NCBI RefSeq assembly: GCF_006345805.1 | Contig: NC_043015.1 | Span: 29,326,001 to 29,390,000, forward strand | From: Octopus sinensis | Lineage: Eukaryota | Direction: 5' to 3' | DNA: 64,000 bases | In this document: positions 26,901-40,265 of the stretch, piece after piece | Layout: the number at the start of each line of letters is the position of its first letter | Numbering within the stretch: position 1 is the first letter of the stretch | The notes under the pieces: model-generated | Seen by the model: only the letters and a program-made list of their open reading frames with translations | What the model was told of the DNA's origin: nothing | Database searches by the model: none | Translations under genes and position numbers: made by a program

Positions 26901-29566
26901 TCATCATCATCGTTTAACGTCTGCTTTCCATGCTAGCATGGGTTAGACGATTTGACTGAGGACTGGCAAACCAGATGGCTGCACCAGACTCCAATCTGAT
27001 CTGGCAGAGTTTCTGCAGCTGGATGCCCCTCCTAATGCCAACCACTCCGAGAGTGTAGTGGGTGCTTTTACGTGCCACTCAGGCGATACTGGCAACGGCC
27101 ACGCTCAAATGGTGCTTTTTATGTGCCACCTGCACAAGAGTCAGTCAAGCAGCACTGGCAACGATCTCGCTTGAATGATTTTTCACATGCCACCAGCACA
27201 AGTGCTAGTATGGCGATGCAGGTAACGATCATGTTTGAATGGTGTTTTTAATGTGCGATTGGCACGGAGGCCAGCTTGTTGCTCTGGCCACGATCTCACT
27301 CGTATGGTACTCTTAGCGCTCCACTAGCACGGATGCCAGTCATCGAATTTGATTTTGATTTCGAAGAGATGAATCAGAGCCTACTAGGACAAACACCATA
27401 GTAATAGCAATACAAGAAAACACCATGCTCCCACTATTTTAGGAGGGGGCTAATAGGCCCAATATATGTTGCTACCCCAGGGCAATAACAACTCCTGTTC
27501 TACGTGTGCGTAACTGGTACTTATTTAATCGACCCCGAAAGGATGAAAGGCAAAGTCGACCTCAGCGGAATTTGAACTCAGAATGTAACGGCAAACGAAA
27601 TACCTATTTCTTTACTACCCACAAGGGGCTAAACACAGAGGGGACAAACAAGGACAGACAAACGGATTAAGTTGATTACATCGACAAAAGGCAGCAGATC
27701 TAGAAATTGTAGAATAACAGTCACTTAGTGTCCCTGTGTAAATATATCTGTTTCTTTACACCCCACAAGGGGCCAAACAAGGACAGACAAATGGATTAAG
27801 TCGATTACATCGACCCCAGTGCCTAACTGGTACTTAATTTATCGACCCCGAAAGGATGAAAGGCAAAGTCGACCTCAGCGGAATTTGAACTCAGAACATA
27901 GCAGCAAGCGAAATACAGCTAAGCATTTCGCCCGGCGTGCTAACGATTCTGCCTGCTCGCCTCATATAAATAGTACCTTTTGGTGATATGTTAAATATTT
28001 CAGAAGCAGCAGCTGAGGTACACCGTTCCAATGTACCATACCCAGTAATGAAAACCACTGAGCATTGTGACTGTTTACATCTTAGATAAAATATATTTTG
28101 CATTTTTCATGCTATATTAACCCTTTCATTACCAACCCGGCTGAAACCGGTTCTGGCTCTAAATACAAATGTCTTGTTTTCAAAAGTTTCTAATTAAAAT
28201 TTTTCCACCAAACCTTAGACACAATTTATGTTCCTAACACTAACTGAATGATAACTAAGTTATTTTATTAAATTCTTTGTTATATTTAAAATTAATTAAA
28301 AGAATACAGAGCATCTCAAAATAAATACAGTAACGAAAGGGTTAAATACAAGCACAGACATGACTGAGTGGCACTTTTTTTACAACTGTAAACTGCTTGT
28401 TAACGAGGTCAAGTTGACCACAGCAGTATTTGAACTCGGTATGTAAAGAGCTGGAAGAAATACTGCAGAGTATTGATTCTGAACCATTGTGTCTGCTAGC
28501 TCACCGCCTTAACCCTTTAGCATTTTTACCGGCTATATCCGGCCAAAAGTATTCTGCCTGTTTTATGTTCAAACTGGCCAGATCTGGTCTCTCACACCAA
28601 CCCTACAATATCATCTTAAAATTGAACAGTTACCTCATCAAAATCTCATAGCTACAAGATAATGCATGATTAGTTCAAAACAATGAGGATGAAGAAGCAT
28701 TAATTTTGGCAGAATAATGTGAACACTAAAGGGGTAAAGTACCCAATAATAACAACAGTAAACTGATGAGCCCTGTATCATGCAGTAATGCCAATTTAAC
28801 TGTTATAACTAGCAGATCGATTGAGCCACATAGGAGCTCACTCTTTGGTCTGCTGTTGTTGTTGTTATTAAAACAAACAGCTACTATTTTGGCAATTCTT
28901 TCATATCACAGCCATAAACAATGAAAATACAAACAGAAACCAGAATAACAGGATACATTAATAACAGAAACATCATTGAATTTTCTGGAGAAACAAACAC
29001 TAACATTTCAACTTGTATATTTAATCATCGTTTAACGTCCGTTTTCTGCGCTAGCACAGGTTGGACAGTTCGACCAGGGTCTGGGAAGCCAGGGGCTGCA
29101 CCAGGCTCCAGTCTGATCTGGCAGTGTTTCTACAGCTGGATGCCCTTCCTAACGCCAACCACTCCGCGCATGTAGTGGGTGCTTTTTACATGCCACCGGC
29201 ACTATTTAATCATGGGTAGGTAGGCAGACAGAATTATATGTGAAGAACAGCACAGTGGGATTCAACCCAAGACCACATTGTCCAGAAGCAAGCTTCTTAA
29301 CCACACGGCCACCTAAGTAGGTAGGAAGGTAGACAGAATTATATACTCTCTCTCTTTTACTTGTTTCAGTCATTTGACTGCAGCCATGCTGGAGCACCGC
29401 CTTTAATCGAGCAAATCGACCCCAGGACTTATTCTTTGTAAGCCTAGTACTTATTCTATCAGACTCTTTTGCCGAACCGATAAGTTACGGGGACGTAACC
29501 ACACCAGCATCAGTTGTCAAGCAATGCTAGGGGGACAAACACAGACAAACAAACATATACACAAAT

Positions 29567-29608
<42 letters not shown>

Positions 29609-30552
29609 GATGAGCTTCTTTCAGTTTCCGTCTACCAAATCCACTCACAAAGCTTTGGTCGGCCCAAGGCTATAGTAGAAGACATTTGCCCAAGGTGCCA
29701 CGCAGTGGGACTGAACCCAGAACCATGTGGCTGGTGAGCAAGCTACTTACCACACAGCCACTCCTGCGCCAAATTGGGATTGAACCCAAGACCAGATTGT
29801 TCAGAAGCAAGCTTCTTAACCACACGGCCACACTTGTGTGTACATCATCAAAGTGAATAGAAATTAGAAGGTCATTATTCGTAGGCTGTTTTGTGTATTT
29901 TTCTATTTTGGAGACAGGGTGTATCTGTCATTGAACTGCGGCCATACTGGAGCACCGACATCAGAAAGTACAGTAAACAAATCAACTTTAATACTTATTT
30001 TAAATTTGCTCGTCATTCTGTTAATGTAGTTCTGTCAGAAACATCAAGTTACAGAGACGCAAACAAACCAACAGCGGTTGTTAAACAGTAAAGGAAGAAA
30101 TACACACACACACCACCACCACCACCACCACCAGCTGTCCAACTGTACAGGAACGCAAAAACGCACACACACACACATGCATACCACCAGTTATCCAGCC
30201 GTAAAAGAACACACCCACACACTCGTACACACGATGGGCTTCCTCATAGTTTCTACCAAATTCATTCACAAAGCATTGGAAAAACTAGTGGCTATAGTAA
30301 CAGGCGCGTACCCAGGGTACGACGCAGTGGAACTGAACCGGAAACCACGCGGATGCGCAGCGAACCTCTTGACGACACGGGCCAAGCAGAAATAGATAGG
30401 TAGGCAACATGTTTTGAGAACATGACTCGAGTACTTGTTACACATACCCCTTTTATCTTTTTCTTATCAAGCGGCTTCTATGAATCACACTACAATCACG
30501 TGACTTGCGGGCGGCACCGCTTTTCTACGTATCTCACTGAACGATATATATA

Positions 30553-30601
<49 letters not shown>

Positions 30602-31549
30602 TTGTATATATATCATGTGGCGATACAACTTGCGTAGCAACAAAGTGAATCATTAGATTAGAACGAATAAACTCTACGTATACGTGCGTGCAGGTGGGGG
30701 GTACTACTTAAGAAAAGTGGTCCCGGTGCGCGCACTCGCGTACACGAGCATCGGTGACTAGTCGATCCTAGCTAGTCGTGACTAGTCGATCCTACAACGA
30801 CTACCTAGCAAAGCAAATAAAACGCAAAATAAATAAAATTTTTTTACACAAAGTAAATAAAACACACAAAAACACAAAGTAAGGATCGACTAGTCACGAC
30901 TAGCTAGCGCTGATGCGCGAGTGCGCGCACCGGGACCACCGGGGTGAGTGTGTGTGTATAAGTTGGACAATGCTATAAATAACAAGCGAGTACAGAAAGA
31001 TCGACTGCAAACTTACTTCAAAACATCAACAGAAATGGGGAGGCGGAAGAAAAAAACCTCACCACAAATCTAAAAAAGTGTTGACAGAATTGACGCTTGA
31101 CCCCCCCCCCGCCCCCTTCACCCCACTTCAGTCGTTTTTTTCACGGTCAAGGACCGTAGGGCTAGTTTTATCAATAAGCTCAAAATTAGGCTAATAAATA
31201 AATAAATAAATGAATTTTTGTTTTGCAAGATTCCTGATATGAAATCGTGTTAAAACAGATATCGTTATATTTGGGGGATGGTCATTTATTTTTCTTGACA
31301 ACTAAACACACACACACACACTATATATCCGTTCTTCGTTCATTTATTATTATGCTGCGTCTAAAACTGAGACAACATCCTGTAACTAACCCTAACCCTA
31401 ATTTTTTTTTTCTTAATTGTTAAATTAATTTAATTGTTACGCGTGTAAAAAAAAAACCGAAAGCGTGTGTATAAAATTATAGAATTATTTTCATTGTTAA
31501 TTGTTTAAATCACTTTCCATTGCTTTCGGGGGTTTTCTTACACGCGTAA

Positions 31550-31893
31550 CAATTCTTAGACCCCCTTCGGTCATGAATGACCATGGGATTGCACCTAGAG
31601 AGTTACTCTCTGAGGCACAAGTCCGGGCAAGGTTGTTTATGGAAGACCAGCAGTCGCCCATGCATACCAGCCTCCCCTCTCCACGCCACCAGTGTTATCC
31701 AAGGGAAAGGCAAAGGGGCCGATACAGCTTGGCACCTGTGACGTCGCAACTCATTTCTACAGCTGAGTGAACTGGAGCAACGTGAAATAAAGTGCTTTGC
31801 TCAAGAACACAACACGCAGCCCGGTCCGGGATTCGAGCTCACAACCTCACGATCGTAAGCTCGACGCTCTAACCACTGAGCCATGCGCCTTCA
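31550..31893 (-). mobile_element. tRNA-derived CORE-like SINE
   Basis: Head GGCGCATGGCTCAGTGGTTAGAGCG...TCGAATCCC, CORE-like TCTTGAGCAAAGCACTTTA...CAGTTCACTCAGCTG; imperfect TSD cttac(a)c(g)cgtaacaatt. Confidence 0.8.
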
Positions 31894-32539
31894 CATACTT
31901 ACCCGTAACAATTAAATTAATTTAACAATTAAGAAAAAAAAAATTAGGGTTAGGGTTAGTTACAGGATGTTGTCTCAGTTTTAGACGCAGCAAATGTTGT
32001 TTACCTAAATGGAGGTAATCGATTGGTTAAAATTGCCAAAATGCTCGGATTTTCAGACGAAATATCTTACAAACTATAGAATTTTCTCAATAAAGCCAAG
32101 AAAAAAAAATGATGTTTTATAAACACATTCTACCAGTATACGAAGTTTTAAAGTGTTTAGTTAACTAGAAATTGTGTTGAAATCTGGCCTTCAAAAGGAA
32201 AAGATCCTATTATAGTTCTCATTTTACTTTATGGAAATCTTTCGACACAAAGCCAAACTCGAGTGAATTTTCCAAAACTCCCCCTCCTCGCCCGCGAAAA
32301 CACCTTTTCACAAAAAAAATTCGGATATAATCGGAATCTACACCATCTGAAGCATATTTATAGATAATCTCATTTAAAAATAGCCATTTAACCTGAAAGT
32401 CGGTGGGGTGGGATGGAGCACACCTGTGTAGGTACCTGCGAAATTGTTAACGTATTGAAGAAATCGCTGAACCCTCCAGATGGCAACGAGTACCTTTGAG
32501 AATTGTAAAGGAGGGTATAATGAACGATCCGGACAGAAA

Positions 32540-32830
32540 GGAGTTATTTTCCTATGGGCTATCCATGCAATGATGCTTGATATTGAAAGAACCATCGAGT
32601 TGCTTGTATCGACAGGATTAATTATTCAGTTGTGTGCTTCGGTGAACCAATGCGTTTGGCGAATTACCAGAAATATTCGTACAGGGGAAAGCTTGGAGGT
32701 GTTTACCGAACAGTTCGTTAAACAGGTTTCTTTCTTCTCTGGGTCTCGAGTTCCGTCTGGCTCGTCCGGTAGAGATTATCAACAGGTGGGCAAACAAATA
32801 TCATGAAGCAGGTCTATGTCGGTACAGAAG
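32540..32830 (+). mobile_element. Possible decayed Merlin/IS1595-like transposase N-terminus
   Basis: Frameshifted fragments C.GEPMRL...; SFFSGS...; VEIINRWANKY resemble Merlin N-terminal Zn-ribbon/helix motifs (from memory). Confidence 0.4.
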
Positions 32831-32859
32831 CAATAGTGGTGTGTGTGTTGGTGTGTGTA

Positions 32860-32898
<39 letters not shown>

Positions 32899-32991
32899 TA
32901 GGGTGAAATTAATTAATTTGGAATAATCATCAATTTCACCAAGTAGATTTCGGCATGTAAAAGCCCCATTCAAGGAAGGTTTAAGTAATAG

Positions 32992-33342
<351 letters not shown>

Positions 33343-33489
33343 TATATATATATATTATATGTAGAAAAATACAAACTGGGACAAGAACGTAAAACATTTA
33401 GAAGACGATACAAAAAACACGGACGGGACATTCGAAGCCTTCAATCTTCAGTCAAGAACCGGATCATCCTAGCAATTTCGGCTGATATA

Positions 33490-33522
<33 letters not shown>

Positions 33523-34535
33523 TGATCCTTCGGTATTGGTCTACAGTGTTGCTATCTGAGTTCGGGTTCATTTTAGCGCTCAGTTTCCGGCCAATGCCGA
33601 TTTTCGCCGAGTTCATTCTTTCATTTCCTGAAACCCGTGCCATGACCACTTGCAAGGCCTCCGAGTCTCGTGGAAAGGAGGGACAAAGGGATGATGTCTA
33701 AAGCAGTGTGACCTGGTCGGAATGTTTGCAACAGAACAGAATCGGTCAATATAAAGATCCTCACCCGTTAACGACAAAAAAAAAAAGAAGAAAAAAACCC
33801 CCAGCCTGCTGGGTGTTAACGACTGTTAAAGATACCCGAAGTACCCGGTGGGAAATGTTAGACGGACCAGGAAACATTTTTTCACGCTGAGAGTTGCTGA
33901 AGCATGGAACAAACTGCCGGCATCAGTTGTTAGTTGTCGGAGCACTGCATCCTTCAAGACTTCCATGCTTCCTGAGATTCGCCAACACTACACTTGATTT
34001 TCTCCCCTCCATACACACACAAGCATGTTCACTTTCCAGACATTTCTACATTACTGCATGTACTTTATATGCACTTTCTGACAAGTTGTGGTGCACCTGA
34101 GCACTGTATACAATAATTTCATTATTATTATTTTACACTAATGATGGAAATTAAAGGTGAGTAGTGGCCAGACGGTGTGCTTTAGAAATTAGTATACTCC
34201 TATAAAAATATCCTAGACGTGATGGGAAAAAAACACTTAACGAATTCTATTAAGACTGATAATTCATTTAATTCATTGTAACACACACACACAAACACGC
34301 AGACTTCCTCCCTTCTCTCTCACTCTCTCTCTTATTGATTGATCTTCACTGTGATCGATCGATATTGAAAAATCCGAACTGTTATGTTCTCGCACAACAT
34401 GGAATATAACTTATCCTATCCTAGATATGAGATGAGATGAGGTGCATACACTTCAAACGAAACTACTGTGTGACTTGTACTCGATGATAAAAGATACGAG
34501 ATGAAACAGGAGAACAAACGATAACTTATAATGAA

Positions 34536-34932
34536 CTAGCAGTATCGCCCGGCGTTGCTCGGGTTTGTAAGGGAAATAACTACATAAGCATTTTTAGAGA
34601 GTTATAGCCAAAAGATAGCAAAAAAAATACATTAAAAATGGAAAAAAAAATGATGGTAATTTTTTTTTAAATCGTTGACTCATCGTAGACATTTTTAGAG
34701 AGTTACTTCCCTTATATAATAGCGAAAAAATGCATTAAAATGGAAAAAATGATGGTAAATTTTTTTTAAATCGTAGACTCATCGTAGACGTGCGCTAATA
34801 CCCAGAAGGGCTCGATATGAATCACGACTATAAGATACCCGGTTTTGGTTACACTGCACCACAAAATGTGGGAATAGTTAGGAATCTAAATCGTAGGAGA
34901 CAGACACACAACTTGACTTTTATATATAAAGA
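34536..34932 (-). mobile_element. Non-autonomous Helitron, same family, with an internal ~100-bp tandem duplication
   Basis: Same TC...hairpin...CTAG termini on the minus strand. Confidence 0.88.
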
Positions 34933-36793
34933 TTTAACGATTGTTGCAGTGTAGCTCGGTAACGAAGGGCTGTCTGTAAACAGTTGCTTGGCTTGCTAGA
35001 AACAGCAACCAAATCCCCGTCAGAGCACACGCTCGCTGTTGCAATTAAAAAGGGAAAGGATATTTCTGGATGCACGTTGACTGAGTAAATGACGAGATGG
35101 TCGTCTGTGGGAACGCCTTGGACCAAAGACTTGAAGAGTTATAATCGGACAGAAAACGTAAGACTGGACAGAAAAGGTGAGAATGGAATAGATCTAGAGT
35201 TCAAAATACATCAAAGAACGATCACTTCTGTGAACGATTCCTTATTTACGCCCATTCCACCCACATAAAACTTGGCAACTTGTGAATTAAACCCGAGTGA
35301 GTAGCGGAGAGAACATATACACCAAAATCTTGGGCGTCCTTATAAAGCTGTCTACTTTGGAATGGAATCGCAATGAAAAGCACAAAAGACAGCAGATCTA
35401 GAAATTGTAGAATAACAGTCGCTTAGTGTCCCTGTGTAAATATATCTGTTTCTTTACAACCGACAAGGGGGCCAAACACAGAGGGGACAAACAAGGACAG
35501 ATAAATGAATTAAGTCGATTACATCGACCCCAGTGTGTAACTGGTACTTATTTAATCGACCCCCAAAGGATGAAAGGCAAAGTCGACCTCGGCGGAATTT
35601 GAACTCAGAACGTAACAGCAAACGAAATACCTATTTCTTTACTGCCCACAAGAGGCTAAACAAGGACAGACACACGGATTAAGTCGATTATATCGACCCC
35701 AGTGTGTAACTGGTACTTATTTAATCGACCCCCGAAAGGATGAAAGGCAAAGTCGACCTCGGCGGAATTTGAACTCAGACAGAACGTAGCGGCAGACGAA
35801 ATACAATCGAATCAAAACACCCCCAGATCAACAGGAAAACCGTTCCGATTTGCAAAGGACCGTAGCAAGAAGGGTAGGAAAAAAAAAAAAAAAAAAGGAA
35901 TTCGCTAAGTCATAGCTCCGACTATTCGCAAACAATGTCCGGTCTAAGCTTTCCATGTAATTGAAGCAAGATTACAACTAACACTGGAAGTACTTATATG
36001 TCGATAATTAATTTCGTTTTTACTTTTTTTTTTTTTTCTATTCTACCGTTTATCCTCGGATCAGTTTACTGGAGTTTGTCCAAATATCGGAGCGTCGCAT
36101 TAAAAAAAAGAAAAAACATGTTTCATTCCCCCCGGGGTGACCGATACGATGAAATACCAGTAAAATATTAGTGTTAATTCATAAATTTAAAACCTACAAC
36201 TGTTACCATATTTGAGGAAATTATGCGATTGTCTTTAGGTTAGGAAAGGCAAAAAAAACTATGACAAACTGTTGACAATAATATTATTAAACAGGAAATA
36301 TTTGTGCGAATGTAATTTTCATTTGATATTGCATAATCCTGTAATAAAAATAGGATGTAAGAAAGATATAGATAAAAAAAAAACTATTATGGGCTTTTTT
36401 TTTTTTCTTTTTCTTTTTTTCTCAAATTAAGTCAAGAAAGAGAGAGAAAAAGATAATTATAGACAAAAGGAGAAACTAAGTACTGATATGATTTAGTACA
36501 AAGTATTAAGTAAGCGTATTGTGTGTGACTATGAATTTGCATTTTAAAATATTAATTGAAATCCACCATAGTACAAGGTTTTTAATTATTGAAACATAAT
36601 GTCATTCGCCACACATGAATGATTAAACAAAAGTAATTAAAAGCAGTTTTCTTGTTCTGTTTTGTTTTCTTGTTTTTTGGGGGTTTTTTTTAATAGTTTT
36701 TTTTTCTTTTTCAGATTAGTTTAAATGTTGAAAAAGTCATTGTAAATATTAAGAGATTCAAGAATCGCCCAAGATGCGATACTGTATAGAAAC

Positions 36794-36829
36794 ATCATTA
36801 TTATCATCACATATTATTATTATTATCAC

Positions 36830-36868
<39 letters not shown>

Positions 36869-37066
36869 CATCACTATTATTATTATTATTATCATTATTA
36901 TTATTATCATTATTATTATCATTATTATTATCATCATTATTATCATTATCATTATTATTATTATCATCATTATTATCATTATCATTATATTATTATCATT
37001 ATTATCATTATTATCATCATTATTATTACTATTATTATTATCATCATTATTATTATTATTATTACT
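36794..37066. repeat. (ATT/ATC)n microsatellite
   Basis: Direct inspection; source of the poly-Ile ORFs. Confidence 0.97.
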
Positions 37067-37875
37067 GTGAACAATTTCTAGTATTTTTATGCTCCCCAAC
37101 GATGTCTCGATGCATTTATTTGTTCGACCTGCTGCAAATCGAAGCCAAGTCTGACAATAAATCGTAGCTTCCTACAGACAACAACCCAAAAACTAATTCT
37201 TAATAGCACCCAAAATATCCCTCTACATACATACAAACAAACAAACTGGTCGTAGTACAAAATCTGAATTAAATTCCACCGCAAGCTGTGTCACACAAAG
37301 CTGTATAGGACAAAGCGAAAGTGGTCATAAACAAGGGTTAAGCATTAAGGCATGGAAGTGGTTCGTTATAATCACCAAAGATCTCCTTTACCAGGATTTA
37401 TCGGCAAAACTAAAGAGGATTCGGTGACCCTTTTTTGTAACGAAAAACTTAAGCTTTACTGGGTTTTCTATCTTCGTTAATCCACGACTCCATTTAGTTA
37501 CATGACATCGTATCAGGATTTTTGATATTCCTTGGTTTATATATTTCAATGTATTTCGAAATAGTCAAAACCTCCTTCAAATCGACATCCCCAGCCGTCT
37601 TTTAAGAAGAGAGGAGAGGCACCAGGTGAGATAATTACGGCTGGTGACCCTTTAATTATAGGTATATAAAAGAAATAAGGGGTTGACCAGATGAAGCGGA
37701 CACAAGATCGAGTGTGAGGGAGGCACGACCTCCACATAAATAAGAAGGAAAGTCAAGGGAATCGGACGAAGGAGGGCGGCGAAAATGACATTAGTGTTGT
37801 TATTAGGGAATAGGGGATAAGGATGGGGAGAAAGGAGGATGGTGGAGAATAAGAGGAGTCGTATAAGAGACAGAC

Positions 37876-37926
37876 CTTTAAATCTTCGGCAGAAACGTAA
37901 TCATAAATGATTGCTTCGGCATCCAT
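37876..37926 (-). CDS. FIS1: FIS1 coding exon 1 (MDAEAIIYDYVSAEDLK)
   Basis: ATG at 37926, 17 codons, phase-0 donor AAG|gtctgt. Resembles the human FIS1 N-terminus (MEAVLNELVSVEDLLK). An acceptor (ctctttacag) lies 8 nt upstream of the ATG, so the exon starts at 37934. Confidence 0.88.
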
Positions 37927-39224
37927 GATAGATTCTGTAAAGAGGACTCCGCCGACAGAAGAGTGATTTCCCTTTGTTTGGCTTTCTCTCTCCCTTCCCC
38001 CTCCTTCGATGATGTATGTGTATGTGTGTGTGTGTTTGTCTGTTGTGTATCAGTATGTGTGTGTGTGCGTGCGTGCGTATCTGTTGTGTAGCAGTATGTG
38101 TATGTATATATGTGTGTGTGTGTGTGTGTGTGTCCAAAACATCCTTACGCGCACGCACTCGCTCCGACTTCCCCCTCTCACTCTCTCTCATGCTGTCTTA
38201 GTCTCATTCACAGTGCACACGTATTGTCTCTATCTCTCTCTTCCTCTCTCTCTCTCTCAAGGCAGCGAGTTGGCAGAAACGTTAGCACGTCGGGTGAAAT
38301 GCTTAGCGGTATTTCGTCTGCCTTTACGTTCTGAGTTCGAATTCCGCCGAGGTCGACTTTGCCTTTCATCCTTTCGGGGTCGATTAAATAAGTACCAGTT
38401 ACACACTGGCGTCGATATAATCGACTTAATCCGTTTGTCTGTCCTTGTTTGTCCCCTCTGTGTTTCGCCCCTTGTGGGTAGTAAAGAAATAGGTATTTCG
38501 TCTGCCGTTACGTCCTGAGTTCAAATTCCGCCGCGGTCGACTTTGCCTTTCATCCTTTCGAGGTCGCTAAATTAAGTACCAGTTACGCACTGGGGTCGAT
38601 GTAATTGACTTGATCCGTTTGTCTGTCCTTGTTTGTTCCCTCTATGTTTAGCCCCTTGTGGGCAATAAAGATGTAATTATCTCTCTCTCTCTCTCCCACT
38701 CACTCCCTCTCTGTCTCTCTCTCCCTGCATCTCCTGGACTCTCTCTCTCTCTCACATTATATTTACATGCGCGCACACGTACACACTTCCTGAATCTAAC
38801 AATTCGATCGTCATGTATTTCCTTGTTTTAGTTTCCTCTCGATTCTGCTCTCACTTCACGGAATATTGAAGAACCCATAACCCAAAGAAATGAACCTTGA
38901 AGATGGTTCAGTTTATAAAAACTATCAAATTTCCCTACTGGAGCTCCTTTGATTAAAGACCCTGTTGGATCGAGACTGATCTAGGATTAAGCAACATCAA
39001 CAAAAGAGATCACGCTCAGAAACGTAGAATATGATACGAATTAAAGCGATCACACAAAAGTGAACACAGCCAATGGTCCCTTTAAAGGGTTTTGAAAAAA
39101 ACTACACTACGTTCTTTGATTTGGTTTGCAAGATTCTTTCAGAATACACTACGTTCAAAATTATCTTTTTTTGCAAAGAATGTGCACATCCGCGCTAGTC
39201 ACCATCGCTCAAACTTGTTCGTTT

Positions 39225-39675
39225 ACAAAAAAATGGTCCGATTTTGAGACGTGCAACCAAACGCATACCCTCCATCAGACACCTACCATACTCTGAGCGC
39301 CTTGTTTCCCTGGGCATGGATTCACTGAAGCTCCGGCGTCTGGCGATGGACTTGGTAAACACCCACAAAGTTATCAACCACCTCACCAACAACAACACTG
39401 AACACCTTTTTGATCTCCATGTGTCTAACACACGTGGACATGCCTACAAAGTCAGAAAACAACACAGCTCCCATGACTTTCGGAAACATTTTTTCACGCT
39501 CAGAGTTGCTGAAGCATGGAACAAACTGCCTGCGTCAGTTGTTGACTGCCATGACACTGCATCCTTTAAGGCCCTAATGCTTTCTGAAATCCGTCGAAGC
39601 TACACATGATTATACATACACTTTAGATGAGTTGTAGTGCACCTGAGCACTGTACACGATGTTTTTATTATTATT
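39225..39675 (+). mobile_element. Second CR1-clade LINE 3' end; shorter copies at ~33870-34130, 41003-41060, 54600-54830(-)
   Basis: LPYSERLVSLGMDSLKLRRL..DL...TRGHAYKVRK...FFTLRVAEAWNKLP; (ATT)n tail. Confidence 0.92.
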
Positions 39676-40230
39676 GAGTGAGAGAGCAGTGCATGCCATC
39701 AAAGTGACACTGGGGTAAAATATACGAAGCCCAATATACCCATCATGACTACCCGTCTGATAAAGGTACACCAGGCACATGCATCACAACCATATGTGCG
39801 CGGCATGGTGATCTCATATCAAGATAAACAGCACATGACCTTGCAGGTGGGGCCCAGTTAGAATTTTCTTCAGGTTGAGTAGCCCATCCCGCTCAAACGG
39901 TCCCTGAATAAGGGTTGTTTAAGGATGTTGAAAGAACCACCCATGTTTCCAGAGGTGAACTATTCAAACCCCAAAGAATCCCTCTCAACACATGGCCATG
40001 ATGCTCCCCCACTACTTCTGCTCATGATCAGAGATGCTCATATCGTCAGCCACAAAGGGACATGCTCAACTGGTTAAGGTCAAACAACTGACATGCAAAT
40101 CTGTGGTATTGAGCAGAATATTTGCTGTAGCCCATCTTTTATACCAAGACAAAACAATGTACATGATAACACTTCCAGTCAGTTAAGATCAGAAGCCATG
40201 AGAGCCACTGCCTGGTACTGCATCAGGGCA

Positions 40231-40263
<33 letters not shown>

Positions 40264-40265
40264 CA
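39676..40265 (+). mobile_element. Interspersed retroposon-like repeat ending in (ATT)n
   Basis: Sharp compositional boundaries and a simple-repeat tail; family not assigned. Confidence 0.5.

Noticed and set aside
30407-30430. p53-like response element (caacatgttt-tga-gaacatgact) in FIS1 intron 1
   Set aside because: Each half-site has a mismatch and there is a spacer; such matches are expected by chance in 64 kb.
36758-37099. Poly-Ile/Asn ORFs, and the many YIYI/HTHT/VCVC/ERER ORFs across the track
   Set aside because: They are translations of (ATT)n, (TA)n, (CA)n and (GA)n microsatellites.
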